A program made the translations under genes and the position numbers. The notes below the pieces were generated by a model. The model was not told where the DNA came from. It worked only from the letters and a program-made list of their open reading frames with translations, and did no database searches. From assembly GCA_963836185.1 (NCBI GenBank), contig CAWIIQ010000001.1, positions 1,472,001 through 1,536,000 of the forward strand: a DNA stretch of 64,000 bases. Reading direction: 5' to 3'. Every line of letters begins with the position of its first letter. Within the stretch, counting starts at the first letter, position 1. Positions 51,399-62,691 of the stretch are shown here, piece after piece. This DNA is from Candidatus Krumholzibacteriia bacterium. Lineage in GTDB: Bacteria > Krumholzibacteriota > Krumholzibacteriia > Krumholzibacteriales > Krumholzibacteriaceae.

Positions 51399-54074
51399 TT
51401 GAGAAGGACGACTTATATCACAACCATTACTCTCGGTGATCCTGTTAGCTCTCAGCGCGACAGCCATGGATTCAGCTGCGGAGATCATATCACCTGAAAA
51501 ACATTTCGGCTTCAAGCCCGGAGCCGACGGCAGGCTGATCGATTACACGCAGCTGATCGAATATCTGCAGATGCTCGATGAGGCATCTCCTCGTATCCTG
51601 CTGAAAGAAGAGGGGATGTCGCCGCTCGGGCAGGAAGATGTATGTCCTCCTGGTCTCGACTGAAGAAAACATCGCCAGGGTGGAAGATCTCCGTGAAATA
51701 AACAAGAGGCTTGCCCTCGATCCAGCCATACCGGGGAGTGAAAGGGATGCCCTTATCGAAAAAGGAAGGGTATTCTTCCTCGCGACACTATCGATGCATT
51801 CGGGAGAAGTCGGACCCTCACAGGCCCTGCCCCTGATCGCGTATGATTTCGCTACGACCACCGATCCCGGAGGCGCTGCAGTGGCTCGACGATGTCGTCT
51901 ACATGGCGACCCCATGCCATAACCCCGACGGCATGGATATGACGGTCGAGCATTACAGGAAATACCACGGGACGAAGTACGACGGCGCTTCGATGCCCGG
52001 TATCTATCACAAGTATGTAGGACATGATAACAACCGCGACTTCGTCATCCTCAGTCAGAGCGACACGAAGGTCGTCGCGGCGATATACAGCACGAGATGG
52101 TTCCCCCAGGTCATGGTCGAGAAACACCAGATGGGCTCGACGGGGGTGAGGTACTTCGTGCCTCCTAACCATGACCCGATCGCCGAGAACATAGATGCCG
52201 GGATATGGAACTGGATGGGCCTGTTCGGGATGAACATGATCAAGGATATGACCAGGGCAGGACAGTCCGGAGTGGCACAGCACTATCTCTTCGATGAGTA
52301 CTGGCCCGGTTCCACCGGCACATGCAACTGGAAGAACGTGATCAGCTTCCTTACAGAGGCAGCGAGCGTACGGTACGCGACGCCGATCTACATCGAGCCG
52401 AATGAGCTGGGCGTATACGGAAAGGGTCTTTCAGAGTACAAGAAGAGCATCAACATGCCCCTGCCATGGCCGGGCGGCTGGTGGCGGCTCTCCGATATAA
52501 TAGATTATGAGATCACCTCTACAAGATCGATAATCAAGACCTCTTCGAAACACAGGAAGGATATCCTGACCTTCCGTAACGATCTCTGCATGCGGGAAGT
52601 GGAGAGGGGCAGGAGCGTACCTCCGTATTATTTTGTCATGCCGCTCAAGCAGAACGACCGCTCTGAGCTCGCCGGGCTTGTCGACCTTCTTGTCGAGCAC
52701 GGAGTGAGGGTCTCAAAACTTACCTCGGGCGTGAATGCGGGAGGAAAGGAATTCACCAAGGGCGATATCGTTGTCTCGATGTCGCAGCCTTACCGCGCGT
52801 TCGCCAAGGAGGTCATGGAGCGCCAGCAGTTCCCGCTGAGGCACTATACTCCAGATGGAGAGGTCATAAAGCCATACGATATCACGAGCTGGTCGCTGCC
52901 TCTGCACAGGGGTATAGATTCGTATGAGATGAAGGTCCGGTCAAAAGAACTCGAGGCGGCGCTGGCTCCGGTCGAGAGTGGAGACTTCTACAGGTCATCG
53001 CTCCCTGAGAAGACAGGCGGCGCCATCTTCGCGGCGGGTGACAACGAGAGCTTCAAGGCCGCTTTCGCTGCCCTCGGGGGGAAGCTTGCGGTATACAGGC
53101 TGACTTCAGCTGCCGAGATAGAGGGGAGAAGCTACGAGGCGGGGACATTCATCGTCCCTGGAAATATCAGGAAAGACAAGACCCTCGCTGGACAGGTCTC
53201 TTCGCTCATGGTAACTCCCTTTTTCACCGAAGGTGATCCACTCAGCCAGATCCCGGAAGGTGATCTTGTCAAGGTCGAGATCCCGAGGATCGCTCTGGTC
53301 GAGACATGGTTCCACGACATGGATGCCGGGTGGACGAGGTATATCTTCGATACGTACAGTATTCCATTCGAGGTCCTCAGGCCCGGAGATCTCGAGAACA
53401 CCGATCTCGCTCAAAAATTCGACGTGATACTCTTCCCGAACAATAACAAGGACCTCTTGATGAGCGGGAAGTGGAAGCGCCAGGGTTCGTACTACTCGAG
53501 CAGCTATCCTCCGGATTATGTGAAGGGGATAGGAAAGAAGGGGATGGAGAAGCTGATGGATTATCTCGATCGCGGCGGACTGATAGTCGCGTGGGGAGGA
53601 TCGTCACAACTCTTTTCCGGAACCCTGGAGATCAGTAAAGGCAAGGACGAGAAGGAAGAGTTCAACCTTCCGTTCGCGGATCTGACAGATCAGCTGCAGA
53701 AACAGGGGTTCTATTGCCCGGGAGCTATGCTTCGCGTGAAGCTCGTAGCGGATCATCCGCTCACATGGGGAATGCCCCCTGAGACAGGCGCGATGTTCAG
53801 AAGAGGAACAGCATTTTCGACATCGGTGCCGCGCTTCGATATGGACCGAAGGGTCATCGCCAGGTTCCCCGAGAAGGATATCCTGCTGAGCGGCTACGTG
53901 GAAAAGGAAAAGGCTGTCAGTAACCGGAACGCCATGATCTGGCTGCGTAAAGGAGACGGACAGCTCGTGCTGTTCGGCTTCAACCCGCAGTTCCGCGCTG
54001 GAACGGCCGGTACCTACAAGCTTCTCTTCAACGCCCTTCTACTTGGCGCCGCCGATACTATGCCGTCGCCTTAG
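51399..54074 (+). CDS. Secreted M14 family zinc carboxypeptidase with C-terminal GATase-like domain; three frameshifts (near 51425, 51630, 51868)
   Basis: MHSGE, HNPDG, GHDNNRD, EKHQMG, PYDITSWSLP, MDAGWTRYIF, FGFNPQFR. Confidence 0.85.
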
Positions 54075-54081
54075 TGCCGGG

Positions 54082-54540
54082 TCAGCGCGACCCGGTTATA
54101 TTATACAGGAACGAACAGGGATCCGGATTGGGACATTCCGGATCCTTCCTGTAACTGGCGCCGTATGTACCGCTGAAGCTGTCCGCGTTTACGTAGGTGA
54201 TCTCATAGACCACCGTGTAGTACGCATAACAGTCCGGAGGAACTACCGGGACCGTGTATTCAGGGGTATCGCCTGTTCCTGTGAGCGTGCCTTCATCCCA
54301 TTCCCCAGGAAATCCGCCGAACCATATCGAATCGCCATCGATCACTACATTCGTCATGTCGAGAGGCGGGGCTGGAACGACGCAGTTATTCGTAACCGGG
54401 ACACTTACTATCGCAAAGACGCCGCTGTAGGGCGATCCGGTATCGTCATCTCCATCTACTGGGTCCGCCGGATCATCGCTGCAGGCGGCCAGTATCGCGC
54501 AAGCGAACAGAACGATCAGCAGGGGCAGGTATTTTTTCAA
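54082..54540 (-). CDS. Hypothetical acidic lipoprotein (beta-rich, 4 Cys in mature part)
   Basis: Lipobox LAAC; GAGGAG RBS and TTG start. Confidence 0.7.
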   Translation of the reverse strand: MKKYLPLLIVLFACAILAACSDDPADPVDGDDDTGSPYSGVFAIVSVPVTNNCVVPAPPLDMTNVVIDGDSIWFGGFPGEWDEGTLTGTGDTPEYTVPVVPPDCYAYYTVVYEITYVNADSFSGTYGASYRKDPECPNPDPCSFLYNITGSR

Positions 54541-54572
54541 TGCGACTCCTCTCCTCAGGGCGACGATGATTC

Positions 54573-54902
54573 TCAGGTTCCCGGCGGGATCGGGGGGAAA
54601 TCATCAAACCAGCCGTCGCCATCTTCTTCGTTGGCTTCCGGTCCGCCGGCATAATAACAGAATTCTCGGCGTACCTGAAGGGTATTGGATTTTTCGCCGT
54701 GATGAACGAATAGAGCGAAGCGCTCAGGATCTACATATTCGCTCGTCTCCTTGTCCCTGACGGCAATCCAGACACCTTCGTCGAGGTCGCCGAGTTTTGC
54801 TATAGCCTGAATGAGTATCCTGACCGGAACGACCCACCCTTTCAAGGCGGGCTCTTCTTCCGGTTTTTGGATGAATGGAAACAGGACCCTTTCCACTGCC
54901 AT
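54573..54902 (-). CDS. Hypothetical protein
   Basis: AGGAGG RBS; fills the gap in a co-directional gene run. Confidence 0.55.
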   Translation of the reverse strand: MAVERVLFPFIQKPEEEPALKGWVVPVRILIQAIAKLGDLDEGVWIAVRDKETSEYVDPERFALFVHHGEKSNTLQVRREFCYYAGGPEANEEDGDGWFDDFPPIPPGT

Positions 54903-54923
54903 GTTCGAACCTCCTGATAAAGG

Positions 54924-57294
54924 TCACATTCTGTCTGGTACACCGTATCTATTCCTGAACTCGATCAACGGCACGAAATCACTGTCAGCTTCCGACAGGG
55001 TCTCGAGTACCCTGTCGTAGTACTCTTTCGATGAATCAATATCGCCTTTGATCGAATACGCGTCGGACAGGATCATCATCAGCTCGGGATCGTTCGAATT
55101 AAAACGCGACAGGTCAAGGCATCGCTCTATGGCCTCGTCCGTTCTGCCTGTCTGAAGAAGGACACGGGCGTATTCCCTCCCGAAGAAGAAAAAGTCACGG
55201 GGAGATCTTCTGGCCGACTCCTGCATGGCCTCCAGCGCGCCGGCCGTCCTTGCTTCTGAGAGGAGGATGAGTCCCCGGAGATGCTCATGACGCGATGTCT
55301 CTTCGAAGACGAATGGCTTTTCCATCAGGGCAGTGAGGCGTTCGAGCTCAAAGCGGGCACTCTCAGTGTCATTATTCAGAGTGATTAACCGGACACCCCT
55401 TAGCCAGCATGCCTGCGCGGCATCGGGATCGATCCTGTCGATCAAGGCCATTTCCCTGTCGAAAGAGACCTCGTCCTTCTGTAAAAGGTAGTTTTTGGCG
55501 ATCTGAAGGTGGCCGTTGATTTTCTGTCCCTTGAAAGTCACGGAGCCGAGGTAACGATGATAATGCTCATTGGATTCACGAAGGCGTCCTGTTTCACTGC
55601 ATGACCTGCCGAGCCCTTCATGAACCGTATATGCCGGGTCATCAAGCTGCAGCAGGGTAGAATAGAGTCTGTATGCCTCTTCATGATCACCGTAAAAGAG
55701 GTATGCTCCAGCAATACTTGAAACCGGACTTGGAGAATCGGGAAGGAGATCTTTGTATTTCGTGAAAGCCTCGATCGCTTTCGAGAATTCCCCTGAGTAC
55801 AGCCAGGCTGTTCCAGTGTAGTTGTATACCTGAGCGTGCCTGCCGGTCGTGTTATCAGGGTCCTTCTCGAAAAAGAGAGCGTAATTTTCAAGCGCGCCCT
55901 CATTATCGCCTATATACCGCGAGAGGATATAACCTGTCTCGACGAACGTAGTGACAGCTTCAGGATGCGCATCGTAGTATTCCCTGAACAGTTTCAGGGC
56001 GAGGTCCCAGTTGTGAAGTACCTTTGCCTGGATTATCGTGCAGATAGCATAATCAGCTGTATTTCCCTTCCTGTCGGCGATATTCTTAGCTCGTTCGATA
56101 TATCCTGCAGCTCTCTCATAATCTCCGCCCCAGTCGTAGAATACCGCCAGCGTCTTGAGAGCATCGAGATGTTCCGGGTCCAGCTCAAGCGCGTGTTCGA
56201 TGAGCGGGATCCCTTTTGTCTGCTTACCCGAATGATATAAGTCCTCTCCGCTGGAATAGAAGACTTCAGCTTCGCTGAGTTCTCCATCTTCCACGGCCAC
56301 TTCCGTCTTTGCCGGCTCCAGGCCTCGATCCTTTCCCCCTGTGATTACATAACGCAGGATAAAGAAGATCAGTATGGCTGATACTGAGAGGGCGAAGACA
56401 GAAGTCAGTTTCCAGCCGAAAATGTGAGTGGTCCCGGCGATGAATCCCCTGCCTGTCCTGCTGTCGTCCGGGTCTCCAAAAAGACTGCGCCTTGCTTCAA
56501 TAAGGTCGTTACGCATATCCTCCATCGATCCATATCTGTCGCCCGGTGATTTGTTCAGCGCTCTTTCTATGATGCAGTCGATCTGAGGCGGTATATCCGT
56601 GCCTGCCTCGACAGCGGGAAGATGCTTGTCGTTTACAATGCTGTACAGCACTGATGCGTCGTAATCTCCTTCGAATGGTCTGCGGCCAGTCACCATCTGG
56701 TACATCAACACACCGAGGGACCAGATGTCTGAACGTGGATCGACGTGATCGTTCCGGACCTGCTCGGGTGACATGTAGGCCAGTGTTCCGGCCCCGGCCA
56801 TAGTCATGCTCCTTGTTTCGGCGCCTGACTGCTTGGCCAGCCCGAAATCCATTATCTTGACCCTGCCTTTGTCGGAAACGACCACGTTTGCCGGCTTTAT
56901 GTCCCGATGGACTATACCGGCCTCGTGCGCTGACGCCGAGCCCGTCCGCGATCTGTATCAGGATATCGAGTGACTGCCGCAGTCCCGGCTTTTCCTCGAC
57001 AAGAAGTGTGCTGAGGGTCCTTCCCTGGCAGTATGCCATCACAATAAAGAGTTTGTCGTCGAACTCTTCGACTTCATGGATGGCACATATGTTCTGATGG
57101 TCAAGAGAGGCTGCGGCCCTGGCCTCTTTCATTATCCGCTCTCGCGTGGTGCCGCCTGAAACGGATGAGGAGGAGAGGAATTTCAGAGCGACGGTCCTGC
57201 GGAGATTGATATCCTCCGCACGGTAGACCACACCCATCCCACCCTCACCGATCTTGTCGAGGATCCTGTAATGATAGACGGTTTCGCCGATCAT
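54924..57294 (-). CDS. Ser/Thr protein kinase with TM helix and extracytoplasmic TPRs; frameshift near 56935
   Basis: [13 protein letters not shown], (H)[28 protein letters not shown]; TM helix; TPR repeats. Confidence 0.9.
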
Positions 57295-57401
57295 CTTCTC
57301 ACGAATCCGGGTTGGGGTTCAGTTGTCAGGAGTCGCCTGATTATGCTTGCCGCTTGAAATATCATACCCGAAAACCCGGTTGTTTTCAAGTAAATGCGGA
57401 G

Positions 57402-58703
57402 TTACACTCCGACGCTTTTGATGACGACCATCGTCATATCGTCCCTCTGCGGGGCCTTCCCTGCGTGCTTGACGACTTCGTCGATGACTGTGTCTATCAG
57501 GGTCATGGCCGATGCGCTGCAGTTCGCCGTTACGATGCCGGGAAGTGGATCCTCTCCGAATTCCTCTTCTTCCGGATTGATAGCCTCGCTTATCCCGTCG
57601 GAGAAGACAAGGAGGGTATCTCCCTTATCCAGTTTCACCGAATCCTCCGTATAGGTGACGTCCTCGATCGCTCCTAGAACGAGATTGCCCGTTTCAAGTC
57701 TCTCTACGGCTCCGGTCCCCCTGACGATAAAGGGAAGGTTGTGGCCGGCATTACTGTAGATCAGTTCGGAACTGCCGGGATCGAGGATTCCGAGGAACAG
57801 GGTAGAGAAGCGCTCCGGGTCGGTATTCCTGAACATGTGTTCGTTGGAGTGGTCAAGGATAGGGCCCGGAGTGGTTGCGTCGAGATTCTGGCCGCGGAGT
57901 GTCGCGAGCATGTTCGACATAAGCAGGGCCGCCGGCATTCCCTTGCCGGAGATATCGCCCAGGCAGAAGAAAAGTCTGCCGTCACCCAGCCGTATGAGGT
58001 CGAAGTAGTCACCGCCAACTGATTTCGCGGGCATGCTCTTGCCCGCCACGTCGTATCCTTCGATCATGGGCGCGCCCTTTGGAAGCAGGCCCATCTGTAT
58101 ATTGTAGGCGATCTTCATCTCTTCCTGCATCCTCATCAGGGACTGTTCCTCCTCATACAGTCTCGCGTTTTCGATCACCTGGGCGGACTGTGTCGAGATG
58201 ATGCAGAGAAGCCGCTTGTCGGTATCGGAGAATTTATTTCCGCCATACTTGTTGAAGACATTCAGAGATCCGATTATCCGTCCCTTAAGGATAAGGGGTA
58301 CGCTCAGGAGAGTCTTGATCGGGTTTTCCTCTGATTCCAGCGTCCTGAAACGATCGTCGCTGTCAAGGTCGTCGATGATGAGTGGTTTCTTGTTCTTCAG
58401 CATCCAGCCGGTTACCTGTGTGTCGAGATGGAAGGGCATATAGCCGCTGCTCTGGTCGGCTCCCCGCATTATCGTCTTGAACTGGTTATCCTGTCCGCCG
58501 TTCTCGAGAAGCGTGACTGTGCCCTGCTCGACTTTCATATGCTTGATGCATTTCTGAACGATAAGCTCGATGATCTTTTCGAGTGAGAGGGTGGAGTTGA
58601 TCGCCGTGGAGATGTCGTTGATGATCGACAGCTCCTCGACTGCGTTCTTCAACCGTTCATTCTCGGCTTCGAGCTTGTTCATCTTGCCGTTTTCATCCGC
58701 CAT
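57402..58703 (-). CDS. GAF plus SpoIIE/PP2C (RsbU-like) phosphatase
   Basis: GAF (LLSVPL..IGSLNV); VGGDYFD, GDISGKG, NAGHN, FSDGISE, DDMT. Confidence 0.92.
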   Translation of the reverse strand: MADENGKMNKLEAENERLKNAVEELSIINDISTAINSTLSLEKIIELIVQKCIKHMKVEQGTVTLLENGGQDNQFKTIMRGADQSSGYMPFHLDTQVTGWMLKNKKPLIIDDLDSDDRFRTLESEENPIKTLLSVPLILKGRIIGSLNVFNKYGGNKFSDTDKRLLCIISTQSAQVIENARLYEEEQSLMRMQEEMKIAYNIQMGLLPKGAPMIEGYDVAGKSMPAKSVGGDYFDLIRLGDGRLFFCLGDISGKGMPAALLMSNMLATLRGQNLDATTPGPILDHSNEHMFRNTDPERFSTLFLGILDPGSSELIYSNAGHNLPFIVRGTGAVERLETGNLVLGAIEDVTYTEDSVKLDKGDTLLVFSDGISEAINPEEEEFGEDPLPGIVTANCSASAMTLIDTVIDEVVKHAGKAPQRDDMTMVVIKSVGV

Positions 58704-58885
58704 AGTCGTCCTCCGGTCCAGAATAGTTCCGGATATAAATGTATAATGACATTTCCTGGTTGTCATAATTTTAGAGCAAAGCCGCTACTTGTCTAATTTT
58801 TATATTGATTAGAGGCATCCGGTCAATCAAAATCGAAGCAGAGATCCACCTGAACCGACTTGATCAAGTATTCCCGGAGGCGTTT

Positions 58886-61629
58886 TTGCCGTATATCCCG
58901 CTGCATGTTCACAGCACCAACAGCCCGGGGATCGGGATGATGACCGCCTCGGAGATCGTCGATCGCGCCTCATTTCTCGGTATGCCCGCCATAGCTCTGA
59001 CGGACAACTGGAACACGTACGGGCATTATGAGTTCTGCAGGGAAGCAGCCGCTAAGGGCATCAATCCGGTCCTGGGAGCCGAGGTGCGGCATCTCTCGAT
59101 CACTGGGCATGACGGGCTTTTTCACCTCACTCTGCTCGCGGAGAACAACATCGGGTACGCGAATCTCACCAGGCTCGTCAGCCTTCATTTCGAAAAGGAT
59201 GGCCCCCCTCACGTAACGGTGGATGAACTGAAGGCCGGGAGTGAAGGGATCATAGCCCTGTCAGGGTGTATACGCGGCGAGACAAATCAGGCCGTACTTC
59301 ACGGGAATCTCGCGATGGAGAGGGAGGCGGCCGAGAAACTGCTTGAGATATATGGCAGGAACAGTTTCTTCCTCGAGATAATGACCCACAATCATGAGCG
59401 CGAGCAGCTTGTACTCGACAAGATGATCCTCTTGTCGAGGAAGCTCGAGATCCCGATGGTAGTGACGAATAACGACAGGTTTGTCTCGAAGGATGACGCC
59501 GGCTATTACGAGGTGCTGCGCAAGCTTGCAGGCGACATGGCCGTGGAAGAGACTTCCGAGACCCTTCCTGAGTATGTGCTCAAGACAAGGAAGGACCTCG
59601 AGCCGTATTTTTATTTTCTGGAAGACGCGCTTGAAGCTTCCGGAGAGATCGCTGACCGCTGTGATGTCGGCCTCATCGACGGAACAACGATATCTTTCAG
59701 CGATGATCCGAATGAGGACGTGACTCTTTCCGAGAAATGCAACAGGCGTTTTCTCCTGGAATTTCACGCGGCAGGAGCGGGTGGTTCTTACGACCTCAAG
59801 AACAGGATGATGAGTGAGCTGGAATGTGCCTCCCTCGAGGAGATGTCGGGATTCCTGCTCTTTCTCGAGAAACTGTTCCGAAGATCCAGGCGAGGCGGAG
59901 AATGGATCGAACTTGTCGGGAGCGATCTTTGCGAGAGTGTCATTGCATATCTTCTGGGCATTATCCCTCTGAATCCTGCCGAGCACGGGCTGATCTTCGA
60001 ATCATTCGGCGCGCCGGCGCCGGGAGTGCCGCCTGTCATTGAACTTCTACGGTCCAGAGGGTCGCGGGAGAGATTTATGAGTATTCTCAAGGATCTCCTT
60101 CCCGGATACCGGTTCAGTTTCCTGATGCAGAGGGAGGATTCATCATTTTCGACGCTGGTAAAGGATCTCGCTGAGAAGCTGGAAGTCGGGGAGTCGCTCG
60201 CGAACGAGATTCTCCAGTCGATCTCCCTTACGAGAAGGCGGAACGGGCTGGCGGATATTCTGGAGAGTTCGGAGCACCTGTCACACCTGTACAATACGGA
60301 CATAAAGGTTAGGAAGCTTCTTCATTCGGCGGCTGCTCTTCATGGGCGTGTCTCGCACTTCATACACAATACATCCAAGATCGTTGTATTGCCGCCTCAA
60401 GCGGAAAATAAAGTCTCATGGGTCAGTGGAGATGGCGGCGAGGAATTCATCATGCTCGACAGGGAGGCGATAGCGGCTCACGGCGGATGGAAACTCGTGG
60501 TTCAGCAGTCTCATTTCCTTTCGGCTCTGGCCGCTACGGTAAGCAGGATCCGGGCCCCGCATCCGACCGGCAACCATGAAAAGCAGGAAGAGTGGAGGCC
60601 GAGGGACCTCAATGATTCCAGTACATTCGAGATGATATGCGGAGGGGATACGGCAGGCGTGTACCTTCTGGAGAGCAGGGGGATCAGAGATCTTCTGATG
60701 ACGATAAAGCCTGACAGTTTCGATGATCTTGTAAATGTCATCTCTCTATACAGGCCTGCGCCTCTAGAGGGGAGACTCTGGCAGAAGTATGTCGAGAACG
60801 CGGACAGGAAGGGGAAGGTCTACCTCCCGCATCATTCTATTGCGGGCCCGCTGGAGATGACAAGGGGACTGCTGCTTTACAGAGAGCAGGTCAGGGAGAT
60901 CCTTCTCGAATCGGCCGGTCTGACGGGGCATGATGCTGTTTTTGTCGAAAGAGCGCTTGAGAGAAAGGGAGCATCTGACCTCCAGTCGGCCAGATTGATC
61001 TTCATACGCGGGGCCATGGAGCTGGATATAGACGAAGAGGACGCGCAGAAGATATTCGATTACCTGCTTCACAATGTAGGATTTACCTTCGACAAGGCGT
61101 TCAGCTGCACACAGGCGTACATCAGTTACAGGTCGGCCTTTCTGAAGGCTCACCACCCAGTCGAGTATTTCGCAGCGCTGCTCGATTCATCTGACGATGT
61201 TCGTGAAAGGAAGAAGAGATACCTCGAATACCTGGAGGCGAGCGGACCCAGGGTCTTCCCTCCCGATGTCAATTTCAGTGGACGCGGGTTTATCGCGGAG
61301 AAAGAGGCGATCAGGTCCCCGATGTCAGAGGTCTGCGATATGACGGGCGAAGAGATCGATACAGTGCTGGAAGAGAGGCGAAGCGGAAGCTATCAGTCGC
61401 TGGAGGATTTTCTGACCAGGATCAGCGGCAGGCTGGCGATGGAAACAGCGCTGAACATGGCTGAGTGCGGCCTCTTTGATTCGATGGGGGGGACAGAAAG
61501 GAGACCCGCGATATGGTGCTGGCTTTCTACGATGAGCACGCCAGGGCCGGGGAGTTCTTCCGGACACATGCCGATCCACTGAAACCCGATAAGGCTGACG
61601 ACGGCCAGTTGTCACTCTTCGATGACTGA
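58886..61629 (+). CDS. DNA polymerase III alpha (DnaE)-like protein, degenerate active site, C-terminally short; frameshift near 61490
   Basis: PHP (LHVHS, ALTD, GAEV, HLTLLAEN..GYANL); SLYRPAP, GLLLYREQV, AFLKAHHPVEYFAALL, PPDVNFS; shifted frame ends GQLSLFDD*. Confidence 0.85.
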
Positions 61630-61644
61630 AGCCCCTTTTTTCAT

Positions 61645-61673
61645 TTGACTTGGGCTCTGTCCGTTGCTAGATT
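61645..61673 (+). promoter_or_regulatory. Sigma70-type promoter for tRNA-Glu
   Basis: TTGACT-17nt-TAGATT. Confidence 0.6.
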
Positions 61674-61710
61674 CCCGTAGTCAGAAAATACTATCTGCAC
61701 GCATTAGAGC

Positions 61711-61788
61711 GTCCCCATCGTCTAGCCAGGTCTAGGACACTGCCCTTTCACGGCGGCAACACGGGTTCGAATCCCGTTGGGGGCGCCA
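61711..61788 (+). tRNA. tRNA-Glu(TTC), CCA encoded
   Basis: GTCCCCA/TGGGGGC acceptor; CTGCC-CTTTCAC-GGCGG; GGTTCGAATCC. Confidence 0.96.
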
Positions 61789-61929
61789 TATCTTTATTTA
61801 CCGCATAATTATGCAGCAGTCGGTACCTTGTCGACTGCGGAACAGGCCGATACTGGCCATTTGAACTTGACCCCGGCCCCTTGTACTGGCAGAATACTGA
61901 AGTAGATGGGGATTTAACGGAGTAAATTC

Positions 61930-62586
61930 ATGTACAGGCTGAAAGTGCTGCTGATAGAGGATAACCGGCTGCTTCGAGAGGGTATTTCTGAAGCCCTGAA
62001 CGATCATGGAGATTTCGAGGTGGTCGCTGTGTCTGAGGATGGCGACGCGGTCCAGAAACTGAAGGAGTCGGGAAATCATCCTGATGTGATACTGATGGAC
62101 CTCGGGCTGGAAACGACAGACAGCCTCCATCTGATGGAGCACCTTCGTACGGAACTGCCAGAGGCACGGATAATAGCCATGGACATACTCCCGGAACAGG
62201 TGGATATAGTAGAGTTCGTAGAGGCCGGCGGTTCTGGTTTTATCCTCAAGAGCGCATCCTTGCAGGACTATGTCAATACGATCAAAGCGGTTGCGGGTGG
62301 TGAAAAGGTGCTGCCCACAATGCTGACGGCCTCTTTATTCACTCAGATCGTCGAATCCGCGCTGAATAATGGAAAAGGGCTCACTGACAGCGCCATTCAG
62401 CTGACAAACAGGGAGAAGGAGATCGTCGACCTGATCTCCGAGGGATTGAGTAACAAGGAGATCGCAGCGCGTCTCCATATAGCGACACATACGGTAAAAA
62501 GTCACGTCCACAATATCCTGGAGAAACTGACACTCAACTCGCGCCTTCAGATCGCCGCCTATGCCCGCCGGCACGAATCTGATTGA
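61930..62586 (+). CDS. NarL/FixJ-family response regulator (REC plus LuxR HTH)
   Basis: LLIEDN, ILMDL, FILK, LTNREKEIV..GLSNKEIA..TVKSHVHNILEKL. Confidence 0.92.
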   Translation: MYRLKVLLIEDNRLLREGISEALNDHGDFEVVAVSEDGDAVQKLKESGNHPDVILMDLGLETTDSLHLMEHLRTELPEARIIAMDILPEQVDIVEFVEAGGSGFILKSASLQDYVNTIKAVAGGEKVLPTMLTASLFTQIVESALNNGKGLTDSAIQLTNREKEIVDLISEGLSNKEIAARLHIATHTVKSHVHNILEKLTLNSRLQIAAYARRHESD

Positions 62587-62691
62587 TTTCCCTGCCTAAT
62601 CCTTTCGGACTACATCTCTTTTCATTCTTCCGGTCGATTGTACAAGCCGCCGCCGGACCTTATGCTTCAAGCAACAAGAAGGCGGTGCAAC

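Noticed and set aside
58886-61629. Calling this the replicative dnaE or error-prone dnaE2
   Set aside because: Both need the PDxD and KxD aspartates, which are absent. There is no OB or tau-binding domain and no imuAB nearby.
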